Positions 1 to 14,280 of a stretch of 64,000 nucleotides of DNA are shown one piece after another. This DNA is from the human T2T-CHM13v2.0 reference genome, Homo sapiens. A program made the position numbers and the translations under genes. Numbering within the stretch: position 1 is the stretch's first letter; every line of letters starts with the position of its first letter. Location of the stretch: NCBI RefSeq assembly GCF_009914755.1, contig NC_060934.1. The stretch is one strand, 5' to 3'. The notes beneath the pieces are model-generated. The model worked only from the letters and a program-made list of their open reading frames with translations, searched no databases and was not told the DNA's origin.

Positions 1-907
1 ACTGAGAACCTGTGCCCCAAAAGCACATGCTCACTCTATGCTATTATGAGCCGCCTCAGGATTCTATAGCCTAAGTCATTTAGTAAACAAAAATGTCCCT
101 GGCTTAACTCACTGCAACACAATGGTCCTACTCTTTCAGCAGCAATGTGAAAATGAATTGCATGAAAATTAGAGAAAAAAGGTATAAGCAAGTAATAAGG
201 TAGATTTTAGTGTATAAAGCCAAACGTGCAAAAATATATGTTCCTGAGCTATAAAAAGGTGTATGCATAACCAAACAAATCTCCTAAAAAACTGACAAGC
301 ATAGATTTCTTCTCCTCTGAGGATATAAAAATTAGTTAATTTCTGAATCTTGTGTTAACTTCCAAAGCATCTTCAGGAGGACATATGAACTCTGAATTCT
401 TGCAGGAACACCGCTTCTAAATTGCACTCCAGTTCTGATGCGCTACCCCTCCAGCAAAGCCATACATGAATAAAGAGCTTTAATTGGGGAGCTGGGAGGG
501 AGAAGCAGCGCTGAGAGGAAAGGAAGTGGCATTCAATGGCATTCAGTGGCCTGGGGAGGAAGTGACATCCAGTGAAGGGTAAGAAAAGGAAGGGTAGGAA
601 AAATGCCCAGGAAATTCCAAAACACCGGGAAGAGAGAAAAAGAGAATATGAAAAAAAATTCAACCCATCAATGGAGAATAACAAGCTCAGTGTTATAAAA
701 GGAGTGATCTAGGCTCTTTTATATGAGTACATGTCTTTATTATGTATAATATATATGAATGTATATCTATATGTAAGCCTCGATTATTAACATTACGAGG
801 TAGACAGTAAGCAAGTCACATTCTATCTTGCACTCTCTTACACGCACACATAAAAAGCATGTTTTGTCATTAGTTTCTGTCTTCTTTTACAATTAAGAAT
901 TAATCTA

Positions 908-1200
908 GGCTGGGTGCAGTGGCTCACACTTGTAATCCCAGCACTTTGGGAAGCTGAGATGGGTGGGTTGCTTGAGCCCAGGAGTTTCAGACCAGCCTGG
1001 GCAACAGGGCAAAACCCCACCTCTACAAAAAATTAGCTTGGCATGGTGGTGCATGCCTGTAGTCCCAGCTACTCAGGAGCCTAAGGTGGAAAGATCACTT
1101 GAACCTGGAGGTTAAGGCTGCAGTGAGCCGAGATTGCACCACTGCACTCCAGCCTGGGCAACAAAGTAAGGCCCTGTCTCAAAAAAAAAAAAAAAAAAAA
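908..1200 (+). mobile_element. Alu (J-like)
   Basis: Full dimer with A tail; gaattaatc on both flanks. Confidence 0.93.
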
Positions 1201-2299
1201 GGAATTAATCCAGCAAGAGGCCAAAACTGGACTGCTTCTCTTCCTACTGGACCTTATCTTTAGGGTCACTGCATGAGGAGGACAGGAATGGGAGGGAAAG
1301 GAAGAGGCCCAGGGCTGGGAAAATCCACCAAATCCACATGGGAGCTTTGATCTTCCCCTTTGAACTAACACAGCTATGGCTTTTAACCTTAGGAAATGTC
1401 CCTGTTCTTCTAATGGAATGAGTAAGGATCCAGAGCCACAGGAACACTTTGTCCATGGCGTTCCTAGATTGACCTGATGGGGCATCTCAAGTGCACAAGT
1501 GCACACACACATCACTTGCAGAGACAGCAGGGGACATGGTGGAGCAGCCACTTGGAAGCCATGCAGAAAGCTCTGTCGTTCCCTCGTTCTGGTCACTTAA
1601 CCACTTTACACCTGTTTCCTCCACGTGATATAGAGTGGGGGTTCAACAAATTTGCTCTTTTCCCTTTCATCTCCTGCTGAAGTTATTACATAGGTGTTGT
1701 TCTTGATGGTCCCCAGGCTGTGGGGTACCTTGTATTTCTTTCCACACATTGCTGGTTCAGTTGGATGAAAAGGAGGGCTTCACAGAGAAAGATGAGCATT
1801 CATCTCAACTTTCTGAAGGATGAGCAAAATTCAGAGAGAGGGGTAGGAACTTAAGATTTTAGAAAAAAACAGGTAACTAGAACAAAAAATATATAGGCAG
1901 GGGAAAAAAAGCTAAAGAAATAGCAAAAAATTAGACAAAAGAGGGTTCAGACTGAAAACAGCAAAATGCAAGGTCCATTAGTTTGTTAACTGGTTATCAA
2001 TTGTATTCAAGTGGTTTTGGCCTATGATGCTGACTGACGAAGAAAGCGAAAAATGGAAATGGGAAAGGTATTCCATTTAAAAGTATCTGCATGTGTCCAC
2101 ACCATGTTCCATTCAAGCCTGGGAGCTAAAGATTACAAATTCTTATTTAACCAAATGTAAATTTAAGCAGATAAATAAGGTGGCACTTATCAACAATTTT
2201 TAAGAAGCCATTAAGAATGAGTTCTGTGATGCATTAAAAATTATCTAAAGTTTTAAACGAATTTCCAAGAAGCATCTCCTTTAAGAAATAGCATCACTA

Positions 2300-2587
<288 letters not shown>

Positions 2588-2780
2588 CTAGTGTTATCTT
2601 CACCCAACTCTGGAGTTTCTAAATCTGAGCTACGTAGACCTCTAAAAAATTCATGGATGAACACAATGGGATCCATAAGCCTGCTGAAATTAGAACCATC
2701 ACGTGTACTTCTCTATGGATCAGGGTTGTAGTTTTCACTCTATTATTTAAAAAAGTCAGTGACTTAAGAAAAGTTAAGAA

Positions 2781-3025
2781 GGCCAGGCACAGTGGCTCAC
2801 AGTGGCCTGTAATTCCAATACTTTGGGAGGCCGAAGAAGGAGGATCACTTGAGCCCAGGAGATCGAGTCCAGCCTGGGCAAATTAGCCAGGCGTGGTGGT
2901 GCACATCCATCTAGGAGGCTTGCTTGAGCCCAGGAGTTTCAGGTTACAGTGGGCTAGGATCATGCCACTGCACTCCAGCCTGGGTGATAAAGACACTATC
3001 TCTAAAAAATAAAAACATAAAAAAA
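2781..3025 (+). mobile_element. Alu (J-like, internally deleted)
   Basis: ggccaggcacagtggctcac..cactgcactccagcctggg. Confidence 0.88.
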
Positions 3026-3676
3026 GAGAAGAGATGCTCTAGAAGAATGTATGTACCTAAGTATCGCACTTCTTAGTGTATCTCCTCTAACATCCTGTAC
3101 ATACACTCACATGTACACACACACCAAGTTATTTAGGAGAGAGTGCATCAACTGAAAATCTATGTATAATATTTTGCTATTACATCAATTCTGTTTGATA
3201 GACATTCTATCATCAATAGCAAAAGAAATCTTTTTCAGGATCAGCCGTGCACATGGGCTAACTAGGAGTTGGAAAGTGACAGACTTACACTGCCCCGTCT
3301 TATTTTCTCCACAGCCTGCCACCGTTCTGAAGTTCTCACGATTGGGGTGGTTCCATTTAAAAATATACTGTGGAGGAATTAGCATGTTAGCTAGCTGCCA
3401 CTTAGCACAGTACAGGACCTCAAGAAAAAGGATTCTGGAACAGGTACATTTTGGTTGGTGGGGCCGAGAACAAAGAGAATGGGGGCAAGGGGGTGGCCAC
3501 AGTCTACAAGCTGAGAATAGATAAGATGCCATCGGGCGGACACTTCTTCAACTTCACCCGCTGGCCTTGGGTTGCACTGGTTCTGGGTCCCTGGGTCAAC
3601 AGATCCTCCCATGGGACAATCTCAGGAGCTCACTCACTAAAGACAAAAATAGCAACACATGCCCAATTGCCAGTGA

Positions 3677-3809
3677 TTTCTGCTCCTCTCCCTTCTGCCA
3701 CCCTCCACCCTATTAAATGAAAAGAACATTCCATGCTCATAGATAGGAAGAATCAATATTATTAAAATGGCCATACTTCTCCCCCAGATTTACAGATTCA
3801 ATGCTATTC
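3677..3809. repeat. 133-bp copy of the L1 inversion junction at 14244-14376
   Basis: Ungapped alignment with about 10 mismatches by hand count. Confidence 0.85.
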
Positions 3810-3909
3810 AATGCATTGAATGTTAAAACCCAGATTCTCACCGTGTGCAATTTGTCAGTGGCCAATGTGGAAGAACTCAGAAGTGCTCCTTAAAAAATAC
3901 TGAGGTCTC

Positions 3910-4050
3910 GGGGCAGGCACAGTGGCTCATGTCTGGAATCCTAGCACTCTGGGAGGCCGAGGCGGGTGCTCTGGAGTTCGAGACCAGCCTGGGCAAGCTG
4001 GGCAACAGAGGGAGACTTCATCTCACAGAAAAAAAAAAAAAAAAAAAAAA
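3910..4050 (+). mobile_element. Alu left monomer/FLAM
   Basis: Single monomer with A tail. Confidence 0.82.
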
Positions 4051-4067
4051 GGCAGGGTGGTAAAGAA

Positions 4068-4112
4068 AAGGACAGGCAGCACCATTGCAAGGACAGGTAG
4101 CACCATTGCAAG
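4068..4112. repeat. 21-bp tandem duplication
   Basis: aaggacagg(c/t)agcaccattgc x2. Confidence 0.9.
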
Positions 4113-4286
4113 CTGGAGCCAAAATGATATCACCCCTGATGGGTCCTCCTTTTTGAGAATCCCATTATCTCCTATGAATCCTGATGTTCTGAAAAAAATG
4201 TGTGAGCTGCTTGGCTAAGTTGCAAATGATGGTAGAGTAGATTCTCAGGACTGTATTTTCATGCTGTTTCCTTTCTTTCAATGTAG

Positions 4287-4432
4287 GAGACAATGACTTG
4301 GCCCAGCAGCTAGCAGTTCTCTGTGGCAGAGAGATCCCTGGGCCCATCCGGTCTACTGAGAGTACACATTCATCCGCTTCACCTTGGACTCCAGTGTAAC
4401 CAGGGTAGGCTTCAATGCATCCTTTCACAAGA
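4287..4432 (+). pseudogene. CUBN pseudo-exon 1 (CUB14 C-half)
   Basis: tgtag|GAGAC...AAGA|gtaatg. Reads GDNDLAQQLAVLCGREIPGPIRST/EYTFIRFTLDSSVTRVGFNASFHK with a 1-nt deletion near 4358. Confidence 0.92.
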
Positions 4433-5369
4433 GTAATGAGTTTAAATATTTTTTTAATCCCATGTTATCCCATCTCCTCTCCTTTCCTCTCTCTTTCTCT
4501 CTTCTTAATATAGTTTTCTGGGCACCAGGACGCAAGGCAAGTCAGAGGACATGGGTCTCTGCCCAGGTTCTGGATGGCTGGCTCCCCTTATGTCAATGCT
4601 GAGTCCTGATCCAAAGCACTGTGGCCAAGTAGTACAAAAGTGTCCTGCCTTAAGGTCTCTGGGTGGGGCATCTTCACTCCAGAGGAGGTGTGTCCATGGA
4701 ATGCATGAGAGAGAGCTTTAAAGCAATTTTTCAGCCTAACTAAGGGCTGGAACTAGAGCACAGCTCATATCCATAACTCATCGAAGGAGCAAAACATCAT
4801 CATTTATCCTTATAAATTACTTGGTTAAAGTCATCCATTTGAGGGTTGGCAGGAAGAGTTTGTTGCTCTTGAAATATGAACTTGATGAGTCAAAAACAGG
4901 CACCATATATGGGATGCCATCATGCACAATATGATTGAGACTTTTAAAACTTGACATGTGAAGTCCAGTAACAGCCTTAAATCCAAATCAAATGAAAAGT
5001 AATAAAGTAGTCCATGGAAGAGTGAAAGACTCCCATGTTTTTAACTGTAAAACATAATTTTAAAGTAGATTCTCAATCTAACATTAAAAATTAATCTAAT
5101 ATTTCCTCCATGCTTATATATACCTTTTATAAAGTAGGGAGCAACTGACGATAAATTGTGTTCCTCACGCTCAACAGAGGAAGGCTGCATAGTGGCTTAA
5201 GAGCATGGGCTTTGGAATTAGACCTAAGATAAATTTTCACCTCTGCAATTTAACTAGCTCTGTGAGCTGTCTACCTTTCCTTGCTGATGAGCTTCTAGTC
5301 CCTGAAAACTGGAGAATTAATGCCTGCTCCTTTCATCCTCTTCCTTCATCTCCTGCCCTCTCACTCTCA

Positions 5370-5566
5370 TGTATATATTAATATGTATGGCAGTTCATTA
5401 TACATACATACATATGTATATGTATATAGTGATGGTAGAACCATTGTAATTTATTTGTATGTGTGTATATATGTGTGTGTATGTATGTATATAATATATA
5501 TAAATATGTGTGTGTATCTATGAGTGTGTGTGTGTATATATGTGTGTGTATATATATATATATACA
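5370..5566. repeat. Compound (TA)n/(TG)n microsatellite
   Basis: Seen directly in the sequence. Confidence 0.9.
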
Positions 5567-5606
5567 TGGCAGCTCATGGTCTAGAATATATTTCAAATTT
5601 AACCTG

Positions 5607-5778
5607 TGATATAATGGACTTTGGAGACTCATAAGCAAGGAGGATGGGTGGGGTATGAGAGATAAAAAACTATATGTTGGGTGTAATGTATACTAGTCAG
5701 GTAACTAGTGCACTAAAACCTGAGACTTCACCAGTATGCAATTCATCCGTGTAACCGAAAACCACTTGTACCCCAATT
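5607..5778 (+). mobile_element. L1PB-like 3' end
   Basis: ataatggactttggagactca..gacttcaccagtatgcaattcatccgtgtaaccgaaaaccacttgtacccc, followed by (GATA)n. Confidence 0.75.
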
Positions 5779-5823
5779 AGATAGATAGATAGATAGATGG
5801 ATAGATAGATAGATAGATAGATA
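5779..5823. repeat. (GATA)n microsatellite
   Basis: About 11 units with one GATG interruption. Confidence 0.95.
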
Positions 5824-5899
5824 ATTCATAACAAAAAAAATTAACCTTTGAAAACTGAACACTTAATTCCCACCCTTTTCCATGCCACTACCCCCGCCC

Positions 5900-6740
5900 C
5901 CAGTTCTACACTCCTCACAATGTTAGCAAATGGAAAGTACATTTTTCTCATTATTTAAGGCAAAAATCTTGATGTTATTTTTGATGTTTCTGTTGGTCTC
6001 ATACTTAACCATCAACAAATCACACTGGCTCTACCCTCACAATGTATCTAGATTTCAACCACGCCTCTCCATTTCTGTTGCTACCAGCCTAGCCCATGCG
6101 CCTATCATCTCTCCTTGGCCTCAGGCAGTCCCCTTTTTATTGGACACTCTGCTCCTGCCCTTTGCTGCCCTCCACTCCTTACAGTTTAAGGACTGCACAT
6201 AGAGTGATATTTTCAAATGTAAGTGAGATCATGCCATTCTGAGGCCCAAAACACTTTGTCTTCCTCTTCTTACTCAGAGTAAGTCTTTTCAGTTTCCAGC
6301 ATGACCTAGACATGCTGCTACCTTTGGAATCTCTCATTCTGCCTCATCCATTCTGACTTCCATGATGTACCTCTACCACATCAAGCCTTTACACTAACTG
6401 TTTTCTGAACTGGAATGTTTTCTCCCACATATCCATCTGGCTTGATTCTTTTATTTCATTAATGTCTCTGCTAAGATGTTACTCCAATGACGTGGCTTTT
6501 CCAACTTAACTCTGACAATAAAGTACCCTTCTCCCTCCTCCCGTCCATTTTTCTTTATAGAATTTATCACCATCTCACATATTATGTATTTGTTTATTTT
6601 ATGTCTTCCCCATCTATAAAGAAATCTTTATGAAAGTAGGTAATTTGTCTTCATTACTTACCTCTATATCCCATATCTCAGTCAACCACCACAAACTGAG
6701 TAGCCAATAGCATATGCTCAATACATGCTTGTTATACTAA
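5900..6740 (+). mobile_element. Old L2 fragment
   Basis: Degenerate L2 3' region ending ..atgctcaatacatgcttgtt. Confidence 0.5.
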
Positions 6741-6878
6741 TCATTTCCTACACTCTGGCTTTATTTTCAAGAATTTTTATTGCCTACACTTTGAAAACCC
6801 CCCAAGAAAACTAAGAAAGCATAAAAATCCAGTTGCCAATCCTATTTAAATAATCTACCTTTGTTTCTTTGTGGGAAG

Positions 6879-7056
6879 GCTGCGGCGGATATTTGCATGC
6901 AGACACGGGATCATTACGTCCCCCAAGTATCCGGAGACCTACCCATCCAACCTCAACTGTTCTTGGCACGTCCTGGTCCAAAGTGGCCTGACCATTGCTG
7001 TCCATTTTGAACAGCCTTTCCGAGATTCTTCTTGCAACCAGGGGGATTACTTGGTG
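6879..7056 (+). pseudogene. CUBN pseudo-exon 2 (CUB15 N-half)
   Basis: [58 protein letters not shown]|gtaggt. Frameshift near 6906 and an apparent 12-nt in-frame deletion near 7021 (QIPNG to R versus recalled CUBN). Confidence 0.93.
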
Positions 7057-7216
7057 GTAGGTCTTGCTTGCTACCCTTTCTAATTACGTTTTCCATAGAC
7101 TTCATTCAGAAAACAAAATGATAATTTTTCTCTCCTGGGACATAAATGGATAAGAATTATGTACTCTTTCTTTTGCAATGTAAAGGAGTTGATGCAATTT
7201 TAATTTGTCTTTCCAG

Positions 7217-7400
7217 CTAAGAAATGGTCCTGATATCTATCCTCCACCCTTCGGACCCTGTGGAGGAAATGTTCATTTTTGTGGCAGTCGTGCTTCATCG
7301 ACTCTGTTCACCTCGGATAATCAAATGTTTGTTCAGTTTATTTCTGATTAGAGTAATGAAGGGCAAGGATTTCAGATCAAATATGGGGAAAAGAGTTTAC
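7217..7400 (+). pseudogene. CUBN pseudo-exon 3 (CUB15 C-half)
   Basis: ttccag|[60 protein letters not shown]|gtaagt. TAG at 7349-7351. Confidence 0.93.
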
Positions 7401-8455
7401 GTAAGTATTTTCACTGAGAATTATATATACTTTTCCTGCAATTGCTTGGTCTTCTTTGATTAAATAGATTTGAGAAAAAACATATAAAGTTTTCTTTTCT
7501 GAACTAACAGTAATAGAATTAATAAGAATGCCTACTCTCAAGTACTTATTATGTTTGATACATTCAATATCTCATCGTGACTACTTTTCAAGTAAAGTAT
7601 CATTATTTCGATTTTAAAGATAAGTAAAATGAGGCTTGGACTTTTCCAAGGCCACATATCTAATTAGTGACCAAAGTGAAATGTTCCATGAGTATAAGAT
7701 ACACTATTCTTCTTGATCCCTGAAATTCCTTAGACCTTTCCATTATAAGATGTCTAATTGTAAGTTAAATCTAGTTATAGAAACATTATAAGAATTACAT
7801 TTGCCCTATTTTGTAATAATGTGTATGCTGTTTTTAAAAGAATACATAATCTTTTGATTCTATTATTACTGATTTAATTATATATTACCTAAGATCTTTA
7901 CTTAATTGCTTGTACTTAATTACACTTGATTATAATTGCATTTAATTTTACTGTAATGATTTGATTTTGGGGACATTTACTTTTTAGTAATGTTTAATTG
8001 AATAAATAAATAAATAAATAAATAGGCATCACTTCCAAAAAACGGAGTAATGTCAGTAGAAAGCAATATAATAATAAATTTTTGCTCTGTCCCACCAGAA
8101 GTTAGATAATATAGATTTCAAAATGATCCTATTACTTGTATCCCAGATTCCTAAATGTATTTATATATATATATATATATCAGTGAAATCATGTTTTATT
8201 GCACATTGTATGAAATTTAAAGTCAACATCATTTCTTCATTTTGCTAAAAGAAATGAGTAAGAGTGTTTACCAACTGACACACAAAAATAATCGAATAGC
8301 TGGAGTAAGGTCCAAAACACCAGAGAAGGGGCTTTGGTCACTTCCCAGTGCACAGAGCTGTGGCACAAGGAGGGAGCTTTAATGCAGCTCTGTGGGCATC
8401 TGCACTATGGCTTTCTAGGCTGGGACCTTCTCATCCCTCCCTCTCTCCATGCTGA

Positions 8456-8914
<459 letters not shown>

Positions 8915-9533
8915 TAAATTTTTAAAGTCAACATTTAATGGTAATTCAGATACACTATTTGACATTGCACCTCTTCTATTTCTTTGTGGACTCACTGTTC
9001 ATGCAAGTATGGTCATGGCTGTTGCTTTCTCCCTATCTTTCTTGAAGCTTGTTATGACTGCCGTTAACATCAGACTTAAACAAAAGTATTTTGATTTCAC
9101 AACCTATTGTTGGCAACCTGAAACAACAGCATCACTCTTATTTCTCTCTACTTACCAACTCAATCATGTTCCATAACTATAGTCAGCCTTCTACTTCCCA
9201 CATCTATCTGGCTATCTTCCCACCATATCTACTTCCATGCCACTCCTATTTCTCAGCCTTTAACATAGGTCCTTTTGTGAACATCTTTCGACACTGAATC
9301 ACCTAGTTTTATACCGTTTTTCTCCAGAGACACTCCTTCGCTATGGTTGATTGAGATTTCTAGGATCCTGTGGTAGATGCCTTTTATTCTCACCAGATTA
9401 ATAGGCCTATTAATTAATCAATCAAACATTTACAAAGTGTTTCACATCATGAAAACTACTAGAGTTCTGGCAAGGAGTTCACAGCTTGGTAGACGAGACA
9501 GACAAGCAAAGGCACAGTTAGAACATGATGTAG

Positions 9534-9842
9534 GGCTGGACACGGTGGTTCATGCCTGTAATCCCAGCACTTCAGGAAGCCAAGGCAGGAGGATCACTTA
9601 AGCTTAGGAGTTTGAGACCAACCTGGGCAACACAGAAAGACCTTGTCTCTACCAAAAAATTTTTTAAAGTAGCTGGGCATGGTGGCACACTTCTGTGGTG
9701 CCAGCTACTCAGTAAGCTGAGTTGGGAGGATCACTTGAGCCCGGGCAATTGAGGCTGCAGTGAGCCATGATCATACCATGGCACTCCAGCCTGGGTGACA
9801 GAGCAAGACCCTGTCTCAAAAAAAAAAAAAAAAAAAAAAAAA
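9534..9842 (+). mobile_element. Alu (J-like)
   Basis: Dimer with long A tail; agaacatg on both flanks. Confidence 0.92.
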
Positions 9843-12573
9843 GAACATGGTATATGGTATATGGTATAATAAGCGCTACGTACAGAACAGAAACACCTAC
9901 TTCAGCCCAGGACATCAGAGAGGGCTCCAGAGGAAGTAGATGAAGAGATTTGCCAATCAGTGATAAAAAGATGTGAGTGCATAGAAAGTCTCAATGTTAA
10001 AAGTCATATTTAATAATTTGAAAGAATTCACCACTGCTTTGGAATAGAGTCAAAAAGAGGTAAACATAATAGTGATGAAGCAGGCAGGAATCACTGTGCT
10101 CAGGGCCATGGATGCCACCGTAAGTTAGTTAGATGTTAATCAAAAAGTAATGGGAGGCATTGGAAGATTTTACTCCAAAGCCTGAACAGTGTGATCAGAT
10201 TAAAAACACTAATGTGGCTGCAACACTGAAAACATTGGAGGCAGGGAAGACTAAAGAGAGAGAGACCAGATGAAAGAGTAATTTAGGAAAAAATATTACT
10301 CCCTGAACTAAGGCAATGCCAGTAAGAAAGTAGGAGAGAGGGCATATCAAATATATTATCAACACGGGATGGAGTGAATTTGGAGGTCAGCTGGATGTGA
10401 GGCAGGAGGGAAGGGATAGGAGGAGCCTTAGGAGCAGTTGTTAGGTTTTTGGCTGGGTGGATCCATTCATCCCACAGACATTTATTAAGAACTTTCCATG
10501 GGACAGACACTGTATTAGGTCCCGGGGATATAGCAGTAAACAAACAAAATCCATGTCCTCATGGAGCCTAATCCTAGTGTTAAGACGTAGACAATAAATA
10601 AGTAAAATATATAACATGCCATATGGTGAAAGGTATCAAGGAGAAAAATAAGGCAGTAAGGGTGGATACAGAGTGTCCATAGGAAGAGGGGCTGATGCTG
10701 TCATCAGCAGACTCAGGTATGGAACTCTGGATGATGAGCAAATGAGAGTGTTCATTTGAGACATCTTCAGTTTGAAACTTCTGAATTACCCCCATTGGAG
10801 ATGCCCAGTAAGTGGTCGGAACAGGAGTTTGGAGGACAGAACAGGGGTCTAGACTGAATCTGTAAATATCAACAGAATTTGAATTATCCAGAATTTGGAA
10901 TTATCAATAGACTGCTTACAGTTTAAGTCATTAGGATGTATAACAGCAATTGGGGAATTATTTAGAGTGAGAAGAAAGGCCTACAGGAGGATTCCTGAGG
11001 GCCTTCAGCAATGTCAGGGAAGCCCTGAAGAGAGGCGCCCAAGAACCAGAGGCAGAATGATGCGAGGAGTAAAAGGAGGAGAAGAGCTTGGTGTCACAGA
11101 AGCCAAGCGACAAAAATGTAAAGAAAGACAACGTGATCAACAATGTTAAATGCTGTGGATATAAAATAATAATTTAAAAAGTCATTTGGGCATATAACTG
11201 CGAGGTGACTTGGGAGAACATGAGTGCTTTCATAGGGTTGAAGAAAGAAGGGCGAAAAGAGAGAAAGAGAGAGACAGACAGACAGACAGAGAGATTAAAT
11301 AGACCAGGATCCCGGAGGAGACAATAGGATGGGAACTTGATCCAGAGATACAGGAAGATAATATACAGAGGAGAAAATAGAGTGTAGAGATGTGGATGAA
11401 TTTATTAAGGATAGTAACAAATGAAGGCTAAAAAATGGAAGGGATTATTATGTAATTTCTTCTATTTTCTTTGTAAAGTGGAGCCTAATGTAGTGTGCTG
11501 AGAACCAAAAGGAATTGGGGAAAGTCAAGGGTTTATGGAGTAAAGTTACAAAAGGCTGTTGTAGTTTATATGAAAAGAAATGGGTGAATTGCTTCGCAGT
11601 GTTGAGATGGGAGAACGTATATTTGCAGAGGCATCAGTTTCCATGAATGAATGGATTGACTTGAACACAACCACGGAGTTGGTATTTTGCAAGGGAAGTC
11701 TGAAGGAAAGACATGAAGCAAGGGAGCTGGAGGTCATCAAAGGGATTTGCAATTTAGAGTTTCAGAGATGGGGGAGTTGGAGGTATTGACAGAATTCAGG
11801 ATGTGACTGTAAGTGGATGAGTGACAGTGGACATAAATGTTGCTAGAGTTGAGCAGATCAAGTATCTGTGTGGCTAAGTGATTGGACAGGTTAATTTCAC
11901 TGGCATTGTAAGTACATTTACTCCTGTCTGGTTTGTTTGTTGAAAATGCCAAAGAATATTTATTGATAATAGAAAAGTATTTTTTGATAATACTTTGTTT
12001 TTTTTTAGAAAAGAAGTATTAAAAAGCTCCTTTATCTTCTGGCAAAACATGGCTAATAAATTGTCTGATGCCATTGATCTTGTTTCTCAAATGCATCTAA
12101 ATCCCGAAGAAATGTAATGAATGAATGCTCCCAGAGTTGTGCAAAGATATATCTGCTTAGTCTTTTAAATATACCAAGATCATAGCTCTGCATCATTCTG
12201 CTGTACTGAACGCTCAGTGGGAAGCGGTAACTGCTAGCATACTTACATGCTTATCGAAGTGCTGGATATTTATTCATGCTTCTGTGATGTTCTGCCCCAT
12301 GCACATGTGCCATAATCATTTGGTTGGTTTTAAGAAAGAATGAAATTTCCAATGAGAATAGATAGATGGTCTGGCAAATTAAAAAGTGTCACACCTGGTA
12401 GCTCCCTCCATAGCAAATAGAGAATTCATTTGCTGGAAAAAAAATGAGGATCATAACAGATGAAAGGAAATTGAGACAAGTTACAGAGAATTCGACTTTA
12501 AAAGATGATTTGTGTCCATTAAATGCATCTCCTTCACCAGATCGTAGACTGATTTAACTGTGTTTGCTGACAG

Positions 12574-12749
12574 CCTGTGGGGGCAACATCTACATCCATG
12601 AAGCTGATTCTGCTGGGTATGTGACCTCCCCCAGCCACCCTGATAATTATCCCCCTGCACGCTGATTGCATTTGGATCTTAGCGGTTCCACCGGAAACAC
12701 GCATACGGCTGCAATTTGAAGGTCAATTCGATATTGAAGTAACACCCAA
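12574..12749 (+). pseudogene. CUBN pseudo-exon 4 (CUB16 N-half)
   Basis: gacag|[57 protein letters not shown]|gtatgt. +1 frameshift in the C-run near 12655. Confidence 0.92.
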
Positions 12750-13924
12750 GTATGTCACTTCCATTTTCATTTTTTTCCTACCCGAAGTTAGTATTTTTTA
12801 ACTGTCATGTCTCAGAACAATTCATTTCTTTCAGTAGCACATACTGCAAGCAAATCTAGGGAAAAAGGGAAATGCTTAATAACTCAGGCCTGAAAACAGT
12901 CTGCCAGCAACTCTCTCATCAGCTGAGCGGGTTATGTACATGGGTACTGTCCTTTGTGAACCTAGACACTTCCTGCAAGGGACGCTGAGGGTGGCTACTT
13001 GAGATTGATGTTTATCCATTCTTCCTCCCACAGGAAATATATCGTGTTTCTGAGAGATGAATATTTATTTGCCCAGCCTCGTATTCAGTGTCACAAATGA
13101 TAAAATGTCTGTTTAACAAATGGGAATTTGTGTGGTATGTCACCAGGGGTCACCAGTGTCAGAACAGTACTAAAGCACTTACAGTATAATTTCCCAGTCT
13201 TTATTTAATAAGAGTTCTGAAAGTATTACAAAACAGAGAGTAACTCTTACTATATTGAAGAGAAAGGAAAACTATATAGATTGTAAAAAAACTGTTTTTC
13301 TCTTTCCTTTAACAAAGTGTGTATACGTTTGCATGAATGCAGCTGTGGTGCAAAACTTAGATATAAGAGCTTTTGTTGCTATTTCTGGCACTGGATTTAA
13401 TACTACTCTTCCACTCATGGAGCATTAATTAGCTGATGTAACTTCCTCGAGAAACGCTAGATACATGCTTGTCTACTTTTACGGACACAGAAAATTCCGG
13501 TTGGGACTCTCCGTTAGTCCCAATTACAGAGCTGTTAGAGAATTTATCTTTGTCATGTGAAATGTATCAAATCACTGTGTGGAACAAAATACTCGTTGTT
13601 TTTTGAAATTCGTAGGGATTAATTTGAAAACAACATTTATATTTGTAAAAGCAATACAGAATATGGAAGGGAAGTAAATATTCTTCAATGTAGGACATGT
13701 AAACCCTGTCTTTTTGAGCTGCTAATGAAAGAATGTATTACTATGAAAAATGTCATACAGCATTTTAATGTGACACGTGGCTTACGCTGATTCTATCGTA
13801 GTCTTTTATGCTAAGAAATGATGATTTAATAATATCGTCAAAGAAAGTAAGTGAAGTTGTCATTATCAAAATAAGTCAAGGCAATTGACCATGTAAATTT
13901 AACATAATTTTGTTTCCGCTTTAA

Positions 13925-14103
13925 CTGTACTTCTAACTACCTCTAGTTGTGGGATGGAGTGGATTCAGATGCACCAATACTTTCCAAATTTTGTGGGACA
14001 TCTTTGCCCAGCAGTCAGTGGTCCTTAGGAGAGGTTATGTATTTGAGATTTCGATCTGACAACAGCCCCAATCATATGGGATTCAAGGTCAAGTATTCTA
14101 TAG
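13925..14103 (+). pseudogene. CUBN pseudo-exon 5 (CUB16 C-half)
   Basis: CTSNYL*LWDGVDSDAPILSKFCGTSLPSSQWSLGEVMYLRFRSDNSPNHMGFKVKYSI. TAG at 13944-13946; acceptor reads AA and donor reads AT. Confidence 0.92.
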
Positions 14104-14280
14104 ATTATATATATTTTTTAACTTTTATTTTAGGTTCAGGGGTACATGTGCAGGTTTGTTATATAGGTAAACTTGTGCCATGGGGCTGGTTGTAAAGATT
14201 ATTTCATCACCCAGGTACTAAGCCTAGTATCTAATAGTTATTTTTTCTGCTCCTCTCTCTTCTCCCACCCTCCACCCTAT
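14104..14280 (-). mobile_element. L1 (older L1PA/PB) 3' end and tail
   Basis: ttttaggttcaggggtacatgtgcaggtttgttatataggtaaac..cacccaggtactaagcctagt is the reverse complement of an L1 3'UTR. Confidence 0.88.

Noticed and set aside
8351-8394. 10-bp inverted repeat cacagagctg/cagctctgtg
   Set aside because: Too short for a miRNA-type precursor; expected by chance in 64 kb.
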